32,000 nt of DNA from Idiomarina loihiensis L2TR (GCF_000008465.1 NC_006512.1:1590001-1622000), one strand, 5' to 3'; shown: positions 1-7,864, counted from the stretch's first letter. Notes: generated by a model not told the origin, from the letters alone. Program-made: numbers and translations.

Positions 1-118
1 CCTTAACCGCAGCCAGAACACGCTGGTTAACTGACACGCTAATGCCCTCGCCTAAATAGACTATAACGGCATCGGCGCCGGCTGAAACGAATTTTGGAAA
101 ATCAGACTCTTCTTTCAT
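1..118 (-). CDS. pxpB: 5-oxoprolinase subunit PxpB (KipI/allophanate hydrolase subunit 1 family), N-terminal part only; the gene runs off the window
   Basis: My minus-strand translation from the ATG at 118 gives MKEESDFPKFVSAGADAVIVYLGEGISVSVNQRVLAAVK. This matches the PxpB/KipI N-terminal pattern (aGdsallvefg..i....n.rv). It lies 25 nt downstream of pxpA on the same strand. Confidence 0.6.
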   Translation of the reverse strand, partial: MKEESDFPKFVSAGADAVIVYLGEGISVSVNQRVLAAVK

Positions 119-143
119 AACTGAACTTTAGTCATTCCTGAGT

Positions 144-920
144 TTATTCGTTAGCTTGCCGGACAATACTCCGCAGCTTCTCTACGGTTTCTATCGCTTT
201 GGGGTTATCCCCGTGAACACAAAGAGAATCAATTTCAATTTGTAGCGATTTGCCCGACACGCTCTCAATAGCGCGACCTGTCGCGAAAGCCTCTGCCTGA
301 GCATACATAGCTTCAACATCACCGTGCACAGCGTCGGGGTTGCTCCGCGAGCGCAACTGACCATTATCGTCATAAGCGCGGTCGGCAAAACCTTCAAACC
401 ATAATTCAACACCAAATTGCTGCGCGCGGTGGCGCCAGGCGTCATTTTCGGGAGTTGCCATAACCATCAAGGGCAAGGGTTCATGTCTGTCGTCCTGCAA
501 AGCGGCAATGGCCTGACAAACAGCATCGAATTGCTGACCGTCGCTTAACATGTCGTTATAAAGTGCGCCGTGTGGCTTCACATATTTCACTTCGGTTTTC
601 TGGCCGGAACAAATGCCCTGTAACGCCCCCACCTGATATTGAATTAAAGCGGTGACTTCATCAGGTTTTAATGCCATATGACGTCGGCCGAAACCAACGA
701 GATCGGGGTACGCAGGATGCGCGCCTATTGTCACGTCATGATGTTTGGCTAACTTGACTGTTTTCAGCATAGTTAACGGGTCTGACGCATGAAAACCACA
801 AGCTACATTAGCGCAGTCGATGTGCGGCATAATTAAGTCATCGGCGCCCATTTTCCAGGCACCGAAACTTTCACCAATATCGCTGTTTAATGTAATTCTC
901 TGGCTACTTTTACGACTCAT
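144..920 (-). CDS. pxpA: 5-oxoprolinase subunit PxpA (LamB/YcsF family)
   Basis: 258-aa ORF. The N-terminus ITLNSDIGESFGAWKMG...ANVACGFHASDP...GAHPAYPDLVGFGRR is the characteristic LamB/YcsF signature. It sits next to pxpB. Confidence 0.9.
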   Translation of the reverse strand: MSRKSSQRITLNSDIGESFGAWKMGADDLIMPHIDCANVACGFHASDPLTMLKTVKLAKHHDVTIGAHPAYPDLVGFGRRHMALKPDEVTALIQYQVGALQGICSGQKTEVKYVKPHGALYNDMLSDGQQFDAVCQAIAALQDDRHEPLPLMVMATPENDAWRHRAQQFGVELWFEGFADRAYDDNGQLRSRSNPDAVHGDVEAMYAQAEAFATGRAIESVSGKSLQIEIDSLCVHGDNPKAIETVEKLRSIVRQANE

Positions 921-1321
921 TCCTCACCTTTTTCCGATTTTCTGGCTTCAATGTCTCCCATTAGCTTAACCAGACCCACGGCAAATAAATACAGACCAAC
1001 ACCTACGGCGGCGAGTTGTAACGGCGGCAAGCAAAGCACCACCAGTTGATGTTTCACAAATACCGCTGCTGCACCAGTGAGGCCCATAGTCGTTATTGCG
1101 CTGGCAACTAAGGTAACAGGTGCCATCCAGGACAGCAGCCAGCGAAATTTTAACAGCGCGCAAAGCCCGCCAATAACTAAGCCCCAGGCAACAGGAACAC
1201 CCAGTTTGTACCAACTCAGATTAAAGTTCGCAATTAGCGTAATCAGCTCTTCCTGCTCTGCGGTATAAAAGAACAGACCCACCGCGCCGGCCAAAATAAC
1301 AATTCGTTTTGCTATATTCAT
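917..1321 (-). CDS. hypothetical integral membrane protein (about 4 predicted TM helices)
   Basis: 134-aa ORF, very hydrophobic. Its TGA stop overlaps the pxpA ATG (ATGA at 917-920), which suggests translational coupling. I do not recognise a family. Confidence 0.6.
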   Translation of the reverse strand: MNIAKRIVILAGAVGLFFYTAEQEELITLIANFNLSWYKLGVPVAWGLVIGGLCALLKFRWLLSWMAPVTLVASAITTMGLTGAAAVFVKHQLVVLCLPPLQLAAVGVGLYLFAVGLVKLMGDIEARKSEKGEE

Positions 1322-1348
1322 TAATTTAATTCCTAACTGAGTCTCTGC

Positions 1349-1609
1349 TTACATAAACAGACTAATCACAAAAAGAATGACCGCAATAATCGGTATCCAG
1401 AGAATGGGAGACTGATACCATTTCAAAATGGGTTTGTCCGTGCGGTTAAGCGACTTTAAAGTCGGCTGCTTATACAGCCAGATAATACCAATTAACATAA
1501 GAACCGCGCCGGTTAACCTAACAGGAGTATCGTTGTCACTGACCACACCCAGAACGGCCAGAAGCAAGCCCACAATAAGAATCAGTAATGCCAAAACACG
1601 TTGCCACAT
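1349..1609 (-). CDS. hypothetical small membrane protein (3 predicted TM helices)
   Basis: 86-aa ORF composed almost entirely of hydrophobic segments. It is on the same strand as the 134-aa ORF and 27 nt upstream of it. Confidence 0.5.
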   Translation of the reverse strand: MWQRVLALLILIVGLLLAVLGVVSDNDTPVRLTGAVLMLIGIIWLYKQPTLKSLNRTDKPILKWYQSPILWIPIIAVILFVISLFM

Positions 1610-1685
1610 ACTTCCCCCAAATCATTGTTCTTATAATTATTGTCTTTATACTAAGAACTTATACTGTATCAGGTTCTGGAGCCAT

Positions 1686-2144
1686 ATGTTAAAGCAAATT
1701 CTTATCTGGTTAGGCGCTTCGGCCGTCACACTTCTTGTTATTTTTGTCAGCGTTGTTGTGTACCAGTACACCGCCATGGAGCCGGAGTTACCGCATGAAG
1801 ATGAATGCGACATACGTCAACTGGAAACCAGTGAAGACGGCGCGCTGGAGGTTCATAGTTACTGGTGCGAACGGGGTGAAAAACAAAGTTGGCAGGGCCA
1901 CGAAATTTGGCTGCACGAACCACAACCGGATAAATGGCAGCGCATTATGACCACAGAACACGACGGCTGCATTAAACTGGAACTGGCTGATCAGCGACTG
2001 GAAATAAACCACGACGGCAAGCGTGGTGACATGTTTTTAGTCGAGCCGGTATTTCTGTTTAACGATGCACAAGGCGTCAGCCAATCTCTGTCGGTGCAGG
2101 TGTCTACCCGTGGCGACGCCGTGTGCTCTGACTCTGGTGAATAA
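1686..2144 (+). CDS. hypothetical protein with an N-terminal TM anchor
   Basis: The track ORF 1428-2144 is antisense to the 86-aa gene at its 5' end. The internal ATG at 1686 (MLKQILIWLGASAVTLLVIFVSVVVYQ) gives a clean signal-anchor followed by a soluble domain. Confidence 0.5.
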   Translation: MLKQILIWLGASAVTLLVIFVSVVVYQYTAMEPELPHEDECDIRQLETSEDGALEVHSYWCERGEKQSWQGHEIWLHEPQPDKWQRIMTTEHDGCIKLELADQRLEINHDGKRGDMFLVEPVFLFNDAQGVSQSLSVQVSTRGDAVCSDSGE

Positions 2145-2151
2145 CCGAAAG

Positions 2152-2922
2152 CTAAGCCAGCTTTAACACCCATTTCAGTGGCAGTCGTTTCATTAAAAAC
2201 GCCATTAATGCCCAGGGCCAGTAAGGGACATACGCTTTCACTGGCTCTTTATTAATGGCTTTTGCCAATAAGCGACAGCCGGTTTCGGTGTCCACCATAA
2301 AAGGTGTGTTTTTCACCTTCTCGTTAATTTCCGAACGAATATAGCCCGGGTAAATAGTCGAGACTTTTATTGGGCTGTTGCTGCCGTAGGTTTTCATTAA
2401 GTCTGCACGAATGCCCTCGGTTAGCGAGGCCAAACCTGCTTTAGTTGCTGCATAAACCGTCATAGCCCGCGGCATACCGCGGAAAGCACTCATGGACGAA
2501 ATAGTCACCAGGTGCCCCTGCTTTTGTTCGCGGAGAATTTCCATAGCCGCTTCACATTGTGCCAGTGCGGCTACGAAGTTCGTTTCAGCTGTTGCTTTGT
2601 TTGCTTCAAAGTAGCCAGTGCCAAGCGCTGCGCCTTTACCCATGCCCGCATTAATAATAAAGCGGTCAACTTGCCCCTGCTCTTGCTTAAACTCCTGAAA
2701 CACTCGGAACACGTCCTCGTGGGCATTTACATCCAAGGTTTTAATGCTGACCGTTATGCCAGAATGCTTTTCTTCCAGTTCGGTTTTTAAGGCTTCCAGC
2801 CGGTCTAGCCGACGTGCACACAGGCATAGGTCTTTACCCTGAGCGGCAAACTCGCGAGCCATACCTTGCCCCAGACCAGAACTGGCTCCGGTAATTAAAA
2901 TGGTCTTCCGTTGTTGAGACAT
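2152..2922 (-). CDS. SDR family NAD(P)-dependent oxidoreductase
   Basis: 256 aa. It has the TGASSGLG cofactor motif, NAG, and the catalytic S...YAATK motif. Confidence 0.9.
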   Translation of the reverse strand: MSQQRKTILITGASSGLGQGMAREFAAQGKDLCLCARRLDRLEALKTELEEKHSGITVSIKTLDVNAHEDVFRVFQEFKQEQGQVDRFIINAGMGKGAALGTGYFEANKATAETNFVAALAQCEAAMEILREQKQGHLVTISSMSAFRGMPRAMTVYAATKAGLASLTEGIRADLMKTYGSNSPIKVSTIYPGYIRSEINEKVKNTPFMVDTETGCRLLAKAINKEPVKAYVPYWPWALMAFLMKRLPLKWVLKLA

Positions 2923-2965
2923 TATTGAGCTCTCTTTATTGTTATTGTCTTTTTACTCGTATTTT

Positions 2966-4051
2966 TTAGGCTTTGGCAATACGACGACGGCAACGCCACA
3001 GCAAGTAGTTCACCAAAAACCAGAAGTTCTTAAAGGCTTTATTGGTGGTTTGCTTATGGTGGTACCGATAATAAATTTGCTGAGCTATAACCGCCAAGCG
3101 GAATAAACCAAACACTTCGTAAAAGGCAAAGTCTTCTACCTTAGTGCCAGTGCGCTCACAGTAATAATCAATAATTTCTTTGCGAGTTAACATGCCCGGG
3201 TAGTCGCTCGGCTGGCGTTTGGTCGCACGCGCCACTTTGTCATCGCCTGCTTCAATCCAATAAGCCAGCGAATTGCCTAGATCCATTAACGGATTGCCTA
3301 GGGTCGCCAGCTCCCAGTCCAGAATACCGATAATGTCGGTTGGGTCATCTGGGTTAAGTATCAGGTTGTCTAAGCGAAAGTCGTTGTGAACCAGACAAAT
3401 TTTCTCGCTTGGCGGCTGGTTCTCTTTAAGCCAACGCATAACCGAACCCGCGCCGAATACATTCCAGGTCTTTGCTTTTTCATAACGGCCACACCAGCCA
3501 TTTACCTGACGTTCGGTGTAACCTTTACCTTTGGCTATTTTGCGTAGTCCGGTGCTGTCTAAATCCACCTGGTGCAGCTTTATCAGTTTATCCAACGCGT
3601 TCGTGCATAACTGCCGCGCCTGCTCAGAACTTAACTCCAGTCCTTTAGGAAAACGCCTCCGCGGAATAATGCCGGTCACGTGCTCCATCACATAAAACTC
3701 AGCACCAATAACCGACTCGTCACGGCAATATGCCAGCATTCGGGGCACATGAGGAAACGCCGGTCTCAGGCGTTTTTGCAGACGGAACTCACGTCCCATA
3801 TCATGGGCTGACTTGGCTTTTGTGCCGTCTGGTGGTCGACGCAGCACCAGTGCCAGGCCGTTGTAATCTAAACGGTAAGTCCAGTTCGACACGCCACCGG
3901 TATATTGGGTAATGCGCAAAGTACCGCGGTCTTCGGGTAGCTCGTCACCAATGTGCTCCGCCAGCCAATTATCTAATGCCTCTACGGGCAAAGTTTCTTC
4001 TTCGCGTACGTCACTCGCCTGATCGACTACGGCGGATGATGGATCAGTCAT
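2966..4051 (-). CDS. phosphotransferase family protein (APH / eukaryotic-like kinase fold)
   Basis: 361 aa. It has the Brenner-type catalytic loop HNDFRLDNLIL and the DWELATLGNPLMDL motif. It overlaps the upstream ACAD stop by 8 nt. Confidence 0.85.
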   Translation of the reverse strand: MTDPSSAVVDQASDVREEETLPVEALDNWLAEHIGDELPEDRGTLRITQYTGGVSNWTYRLDYNGLALVLRRPPDGTKAKSAHDMGREFRLQKRLRPAFPHVPRMLAYCRDESVIGAEFYVMEHVTGIIPRRRFPKGLELSSEQARQLCTNALDKLIKLHQVDLDSTGLRKIAKGKGYTERQVNGWCGRYEKAKTWNVFGAGSVMRWLKENQPPSEKICLVHNDFRLDNLILNPDDPTDIIGILDWELATLGNPLMDLGNSLAYWIEAGDDKVARATKRQPSDYPGMLTRKEIIDYYCERTGTKVEDFAFYEVFGLFRLAVIAQQIYYRYHHKQTTNKAFKNFWFLVNYLLWRCRRRIAKA

Positions 4052-5291
4052 TAGAGCGCCCTTTCAATTGTTTTTCTCTTTGTTTCAACTCTGTTTTTGC
4101 AATAGTCGCGCGGTGCACCGCGTCGGGTCCATCGGCAATGCGCAGCGAACGCGCAACGGTTAATAAGCCCGGCAGTGGCGTGTCATGACACATAGAAGCA
4201 CCACCGAACAACTGCATGGTTTCATCCACCACCCGCTGCAGCACATTGGGTGCCACCAGCTTAATGGCCGATATTTCTTTAATGGCTTTCATGGCACCAA
4301 CGTTGTCGATTTGCCACGCCGCGTGCAGTGTCAGTAACCTTGCCTGATCAATGGCTACGCGCAAGTCAGCTAAACGCTCGGTGTTGCCGCCAAGCTTCAT
4401 TAATGGCTCGCCAAAGGCAATGCGCGATACACCACGCTCAATGAAAAGCTCCAACGCACGTTCAGCCGCGCCAATAGCGCGCATGCAATGGTGAATGCGC
4501 CCCGGGCCTAAACGCCCCTGCGCAATTTTAAAACCGGCACCAGGGCCAACAATAATGTTCTCTTTCGGTACGCGCACGTTATCGAACACCACCTCGCCAT
4601 GGCCATAAGGGGCATCGTACTCGCCCAGAGCAGGTAACATACGTTCAATATTCACGCCCGGCGTGTTTAACGGCAACAATACCATGGAATGGCGATGATG
4701 TTTGTCGGCGTCCTCGTCGGTCAGACCCATAACAATGGCAATCTCAGCGTCCGGATGACCCAAACCAGTACTCCACCACTTACGACCGTTTATGACCCAG
4801 TCGGAGCCGTCAGCTTTAATGGTGGTTTGCATATTGGTGGCGTCGGAGGAGGCGACATCGGGCTCTGTCATACAAAACACCGAGCGGATATCGCCGTTTA
4901 AAAGCGGCGTTAACCACTGCTCTTGCTGCGGGTCATCGCCAAAGTGATACAGCACTTCCATGTTACCCGTGTCGGGCGCGTTGCAGTTGAATACCTCGGG
5001 CGCTAACAAGCTTCGACCCATGCGCTCGGCCAGTGGTGCATATTCCAGTGTCGTTAAGCCAGCACCCAGTTCGTTGTCCGGCAAAAAAAAGTTCCAAAGC
5101 CCTTGCTCTTTCGCTAACTGCTTTAGTTCCGCCACCCGTGGCGGCACCTGCCACTCGCGCCAATGCGGCGTGCTGTTCAGCCGATAATTCTCTTTCTGAT
5201 ACTGGTTTTCATACGGCTCAATATGCTCGCGCATAAAGGCGTCAAGCCGCGCCAAATAGTCCTTTGTTTTCGCACTGTAGGAAAAGTCCAT
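4044..5291 (-). CDS. acyl-CoA dehydrogenase family protein (ACAD10/11-C-terminal-like)
   Basis: The ORF shows ACAD N-terminal, middle and C-terminal domain-like sequence (CMTEPDVASSDATN, WWSTG, RIADGPDAVH). I place the start at the ATG at 5291 (MDFSYSAKTKDYL), not the track start at 5351. Confidence 0.9.
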   Translation of the reverse strand: MDFSYSAKTKDYLARLDAFMREHIEPYENQYQKENYRLNSTPHWREWQVPPRVAELKQLAKEQGLWNFFLPDNELGAGLTTLEYAPLAERMGRSLLAPEVFNCNAPDTGNMEVLYHFGDDPQQEQWLTPLLNGDIRSVFCMTEPDVASSDATNMQTTIKADGSDWVINGRKWWSTGLGHPDAEIAIVMGLTDEDADKHHRHSMVLLPLNTPGVNIERMLPALGEYDAPYGHGEVVFDNVRVPKENIIVGPGAGFKIAQGRLGPGRIHHCMRAIGAAERALELFIERGVSRIAFGEPLMKLGGNTERLADLRVAIDQARLLTLHAAWQIDNVGAMKAIKEISAIKLVAPNVLQRVVDETMQLFGGASMCHDTPLPGLLTVARSLRIADGPDAVHRATIAKTELKQREKQLKGRSND

Positions 5292-5412
5292 AATGCCCGC
5301 TCCCAACGAATAGTTAACAGCATTGTAGACGTGAAAGTGTTGGTGGTACAACCAGAGTTGGGATAAAACGAGAGGCAGTTTTGGCTGGGTTACTCCATCT
5401 TAAACTTAGTAG

Positions 5413-5559
5413 CTAACGCTTGAATTGAGCTGCAATTTTATCCAGTGCTAGAGAAAGCCAGTGTGCTTTTCGTTCAAACACAGTGACACCGGCCAGGATA
5501 AAATGCTCTTGATCAGCCCCGCCTGGAGTTCCAGATTCATCTGCATAAAGTAAAAACAT
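5413..5559 (-). pseudogene. DUF3800-like N-terminal fragment (48 codons)
   Basis: My translation is MFLLYADESGTPGGADQEHFILAGVTVFERKAHWLSLALDKIAAQFKR*. The YADESG...ILAGV start is typical of DUF3800 proteins, which are normally over 200 aa. The frame ends where the ACAD upstream region begins. Confidence 0.35.
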
Positions 5560-6012
5560 GGTTAATCCTTAAATATCAATAATTTAAAGGATTATATTTA
5601 AATTTAGGGGGATAAAAAAGGAAGAGGCGGGGGAAAGAGCTAACGCTCAGCGCACCGCAATAAGGCAGCCCGCCAATCTTAGTTGTTTCCAACCGCGCAA
5701 AAACTGTAGAAAAAGCAGCCCGATATTGCAAGGATAATTTAGCATTTAGATACTTGGTTCCCCCTTTATAGGCAGCCCTAACTCGCGCCACATAAGCCTT
5801 TCACTTTTTGATAAGAAACCATTACAAACTTTGCCGATGCAGCCGCACGTAAAATTCACTTCGACAGCCAAAGAGAAAAGGCCTTCAGCGATTTCGTGCG
5901 AAACGATACTCCTACAACAACAAATAGAATGGAAATAATCGCAACTGGCACAATGTGGAGTAGTAAAAGTCAGCCGTGCATTGGAAGCCGCCTTTCAGTC
6001 TAGGTACAAGTA

Positions 6013-6119
6013 GGTGGGTATTCCAAAGTTGTTAAGCTAGTGCCCATTTCATCGTCCGCTAAAAACAGGTTCCAAAGCCCCCTGTTCTTTTGGTAACTGC
6101 TACCGTAGGACAAGTCCAT
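6013..6119 (-). pseudogene. degenerate ghost copy of the acyl-CoA dehydrogenase 5' end
   Basis: Nucleotide similarity to 5041-5291 with an internal deletion of about 150 bp. It translates to MDLSYGSSYQKNRGLWNLFLADDEMGTSLTTLEYPPTCT*, compared with MDFSY...AKEQGLWNFFLPDNELGAGLTTLEYAPL. The upstream sequence 6120-6195 also matches 5292-5370. Confidence 0.65.
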
Positions 6120-6311
6120 AATGCCCGCTACCAGCGAATAGTTAACAGCACAGGAGACTTGAAAGTGTTGGTGGGATAATCAGGGGGCTAAAACGCGTAA
6201 TGTGTTTTTGGAGGGCGCTGTAAGCTCGGGATATGCGACGAAAAGGCGAAGCTTTACAACACTAAATAGAGAAAGCTCAACCTATAAACTCATTCATTCT
6301 TAAGAGTTATC

Positions 6312-6929
6312 TTACATAAGCTTTCCAATTGAAGTGAATTCGGAAACTTTCCCACCTTTTAGAATACGAATTAAGTTTAAATTTTCATCAACAATAATAG
6401 TGATATTGCAACTTTTCCCTCCCCTCATAATACTAGATGCAACGAAGTTTCTCTCCTCACCAGCAATACGTTTTAGTTCAGTGAATGTAAGCCCCGTTTT
6501 TTCCGGTATTCGAGTAGAGTCCTCACTTTTCTCATCATCAGACCAGAACACTACTTTCCAGTCATTTAACTTGGAAATATAAAACTGGTTTCGGCGATAT
6601 ATATTTGCTTTAGTCAAAGCTAAAAATGTGGATATCAGCATGCTCGATACCATTAAGGAAGCAAGTGAAGTCAACGTATTATAATTGGCGTTTCCACTAA
6701 TTAGGCCAGCGGCAAGCAGTAATCCCAAAAAAGCTGAAAACTCATTCCCCACTGAGAATGGCCAAAACTTGATTAACCTTTGCCTTATAGAACCGTAGGC
6801 TATAAGGATCGCCGCTGCTACTCCAATTAAACAAACTAAAGGAAACCATTCACTATTAACCGCTTCGCTAACTCCAGACGAAAGGTAAAATAGCAAAACT
6901 AAAAAAACTGTAAAAACAAGCCATTGCAT
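6312..6929 (-). CDS. hypothetical membrane protein (4 N-terminal TM helices plus a C-terminal soluble domain of about 85 aa)
   Basis: 205-aa ORF in AT-rich DNA. The hydrophobic N-terminal 120 aa are followed by a charged C-terminal domain. I do not recognise a family. Confidence 0.6.
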   Translation of the reverse strand: MQWLVFTVFLVLLFYLSSGVSEAVNSEWFPLVCLIGVAAAILIAYGSIRQRLIKFWPFSVGNEFSAFLGLLLAAGLISGNANYNTLTSLASLMVSSMLISTFLALTKANIYRRNQFYISKLNDWKVVFWSDDEKSEDSTRIPEKTGLTFTELKRIAGEERNFVASSIMRGGKSCNITIIVDENLNLIRILKGGKVSEFTSIGKLM

Positions 6930-6991
6930 TTTTTATCACCTATTTGTTGAAGTTTGCATCACGATTCTTATAGCACCCTAGCAAATAGCTT

Positions 6992-7300
6992 TTAAAAAGC
7001 GTTGCTTAGACTTTGACCGCCCCTGGCAGTTAAACCCATACTTCTCCATTCAAGGTCTGAGTTTACCCCGATTTTCTGCAGTTTGGGGGTTAGCTCTAAC
7101 AGCTTTTTCGATTCATCCGTGTGTTAAAAGGTTCGTTTGTTCTGTTCAATAAATTACTCCCATCCTGGCTCAGCAATATCTCCTGCACCATCCCGTTTTA
7201 GGAATTTGTTCCTTTTTAGGGCAAACTCAAACCGCGAAAACCAGTAGAAGAAATCAAATGCAATATCTTTCAACTCGTTATTAATGTCTTCTTTTCGCAC
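6992..7300 (-). pseudogene. 103-codon frame (GTG start, SD-like GGGAAAGG upstream) interrupted by two in-frame TAA codons
   Basis: My translation is VRKEDINNELKDIAFDFFYWFSRFEFALKRNKFLKRDGAGDIAEPGWE*FIEQNKRTF*HTDESKKLLELTPKLQKIGVNSDLEWRSMGLTARGGQSLSNAF*. All three pieces share one frame. The frame starts 14 nt after the stop of the 153-aa gene. Confidence 0.45.
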
Positions 7301-7314
7301 GACCTTTCCCTTTA

Positions 7315-7776
7315 TTACATGGCTCTAGGCACACGGCTTGCTGGAGCCAAAGTTTGATTGAGTTGCCGAAGTTTGTTGAGAGAGATTTGAAACTGGCCAT
7401 TACTCGGTAGCCGTTTACCTCTGAATTGCTCCCATACAAGGATTCCAGGCCCGTTATAAATTTCCTCAAACGTACCGTCACGCAAAATTTTGATGATAAT
7501 TGCGTGCTGAGGCTGGCTGCGGAATGCAACAGAGCTGGATTGCGTAGCTTTGATTTCAACCTCCACGCCGGTTTCAGTAAGAGCGTCATAGCCTTTATTG
7601 GACGCTGCCTTCAGCTTAAGATCGTACGCATCGGCCACAAGACATTCACCCAAACTGCCAACCATATGACCATCCGGGGTAAAGTGCCTGCCGGGGAACA
7701 TGGCCTCCAATTCGTTGACCGTGGCGTAGAGCTGCTTGACCAAAGCCCGAAATTTATCATGATCGATCATAGACAT
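7315..7776 (-). CDS. hypothetical protein, PD-(D/E)xK nuclease-like (from memory it resembles the DUF6998 family)
   Basis: 153-aa ORF. GRHFTPDGHMVGSLGECLVA...GYDALTETGVEVEIKATQ contains a D...E-x-K arrangement typical of restriction-endonuclease-fold proteins. The conserved-looking YNGPG is also present. Confidence 0.65.
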   Translation of the reverse strand: MSMIDHDKFRALVKQLYATVNELEAMFPGRHFTPDGHMVGSLGECLVADAYDLKLKAASNKGYDALTETGVEVEIKATQSSSVAFRSQPQHAIIIKILRDGTFEEIYNGPGILVWEQFRGKRLPSNGQFQISLNKLRQLNQTLAPASRVPRAM

Positions 7777-7794
7777 TTAACTACTAGCTAAAGG

Positions 7795-7864
7795 GCAAAA
7801 ATACAATGCCATAATCGCGAAGCGGCATTGTGTTTTTGTCCCAGCAACCCGCCCCGCGGGTTGC
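7795..7864 (-). terminator. two hairpins downstream of the PH-like ORF; the distal one has flanking A and T runs (bidirectional intrinsic terminator)
   Basis: First hairpin: GCAACCCGC (7844-7852) pairs with GCGGGTTGC (7856-7864). Second hairpin: ACAATGCC (7803-7810) pairs with GGCATTGT (7824-7831), with AAAAAT on one side and TTTTT on the other. Confidence 0.55.

Noticed and set aside
1428-1685. 5' extension of the 1428-2144 plus-strand ORF
   Set aside because: It is fully antisense to the well-formed 86-aa membrane ORF and is low-complexity. The internal ATG at 1686 gives a sensible signal-anchor.
4044-5351. Longer ACAD start at 5351 (MYHQHFHVYNAVNYSLGAGI leader)
   Set aside because: The extra 20 aa have no ACAD counterpart. 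They overlap the region that is duplicated as non-coding upstream sequence in the ghost copy. The ATG at 5291 gives the expected MDFSY start, and the ghost copy (MDLSY) shares it.
5576-5791. 71-aa minus-strand ORF in the islet
   Set aside because: There is no SD and the composition looks odd and non-protein-like. It spans the GCAGCCC repeat region and is probably a chance ORF in non-coding DNA.
7281-7791. Track ORFs 7281-7589 (minus) and 7426-7791 (plus) overlapping the 153-aa gene
   Set aside because: These are alternative-frame and antisense shadows of the 7315-7776 ORF. Only that ORF has a recognisable fold motif and a start context consistent with the upstream terminator.
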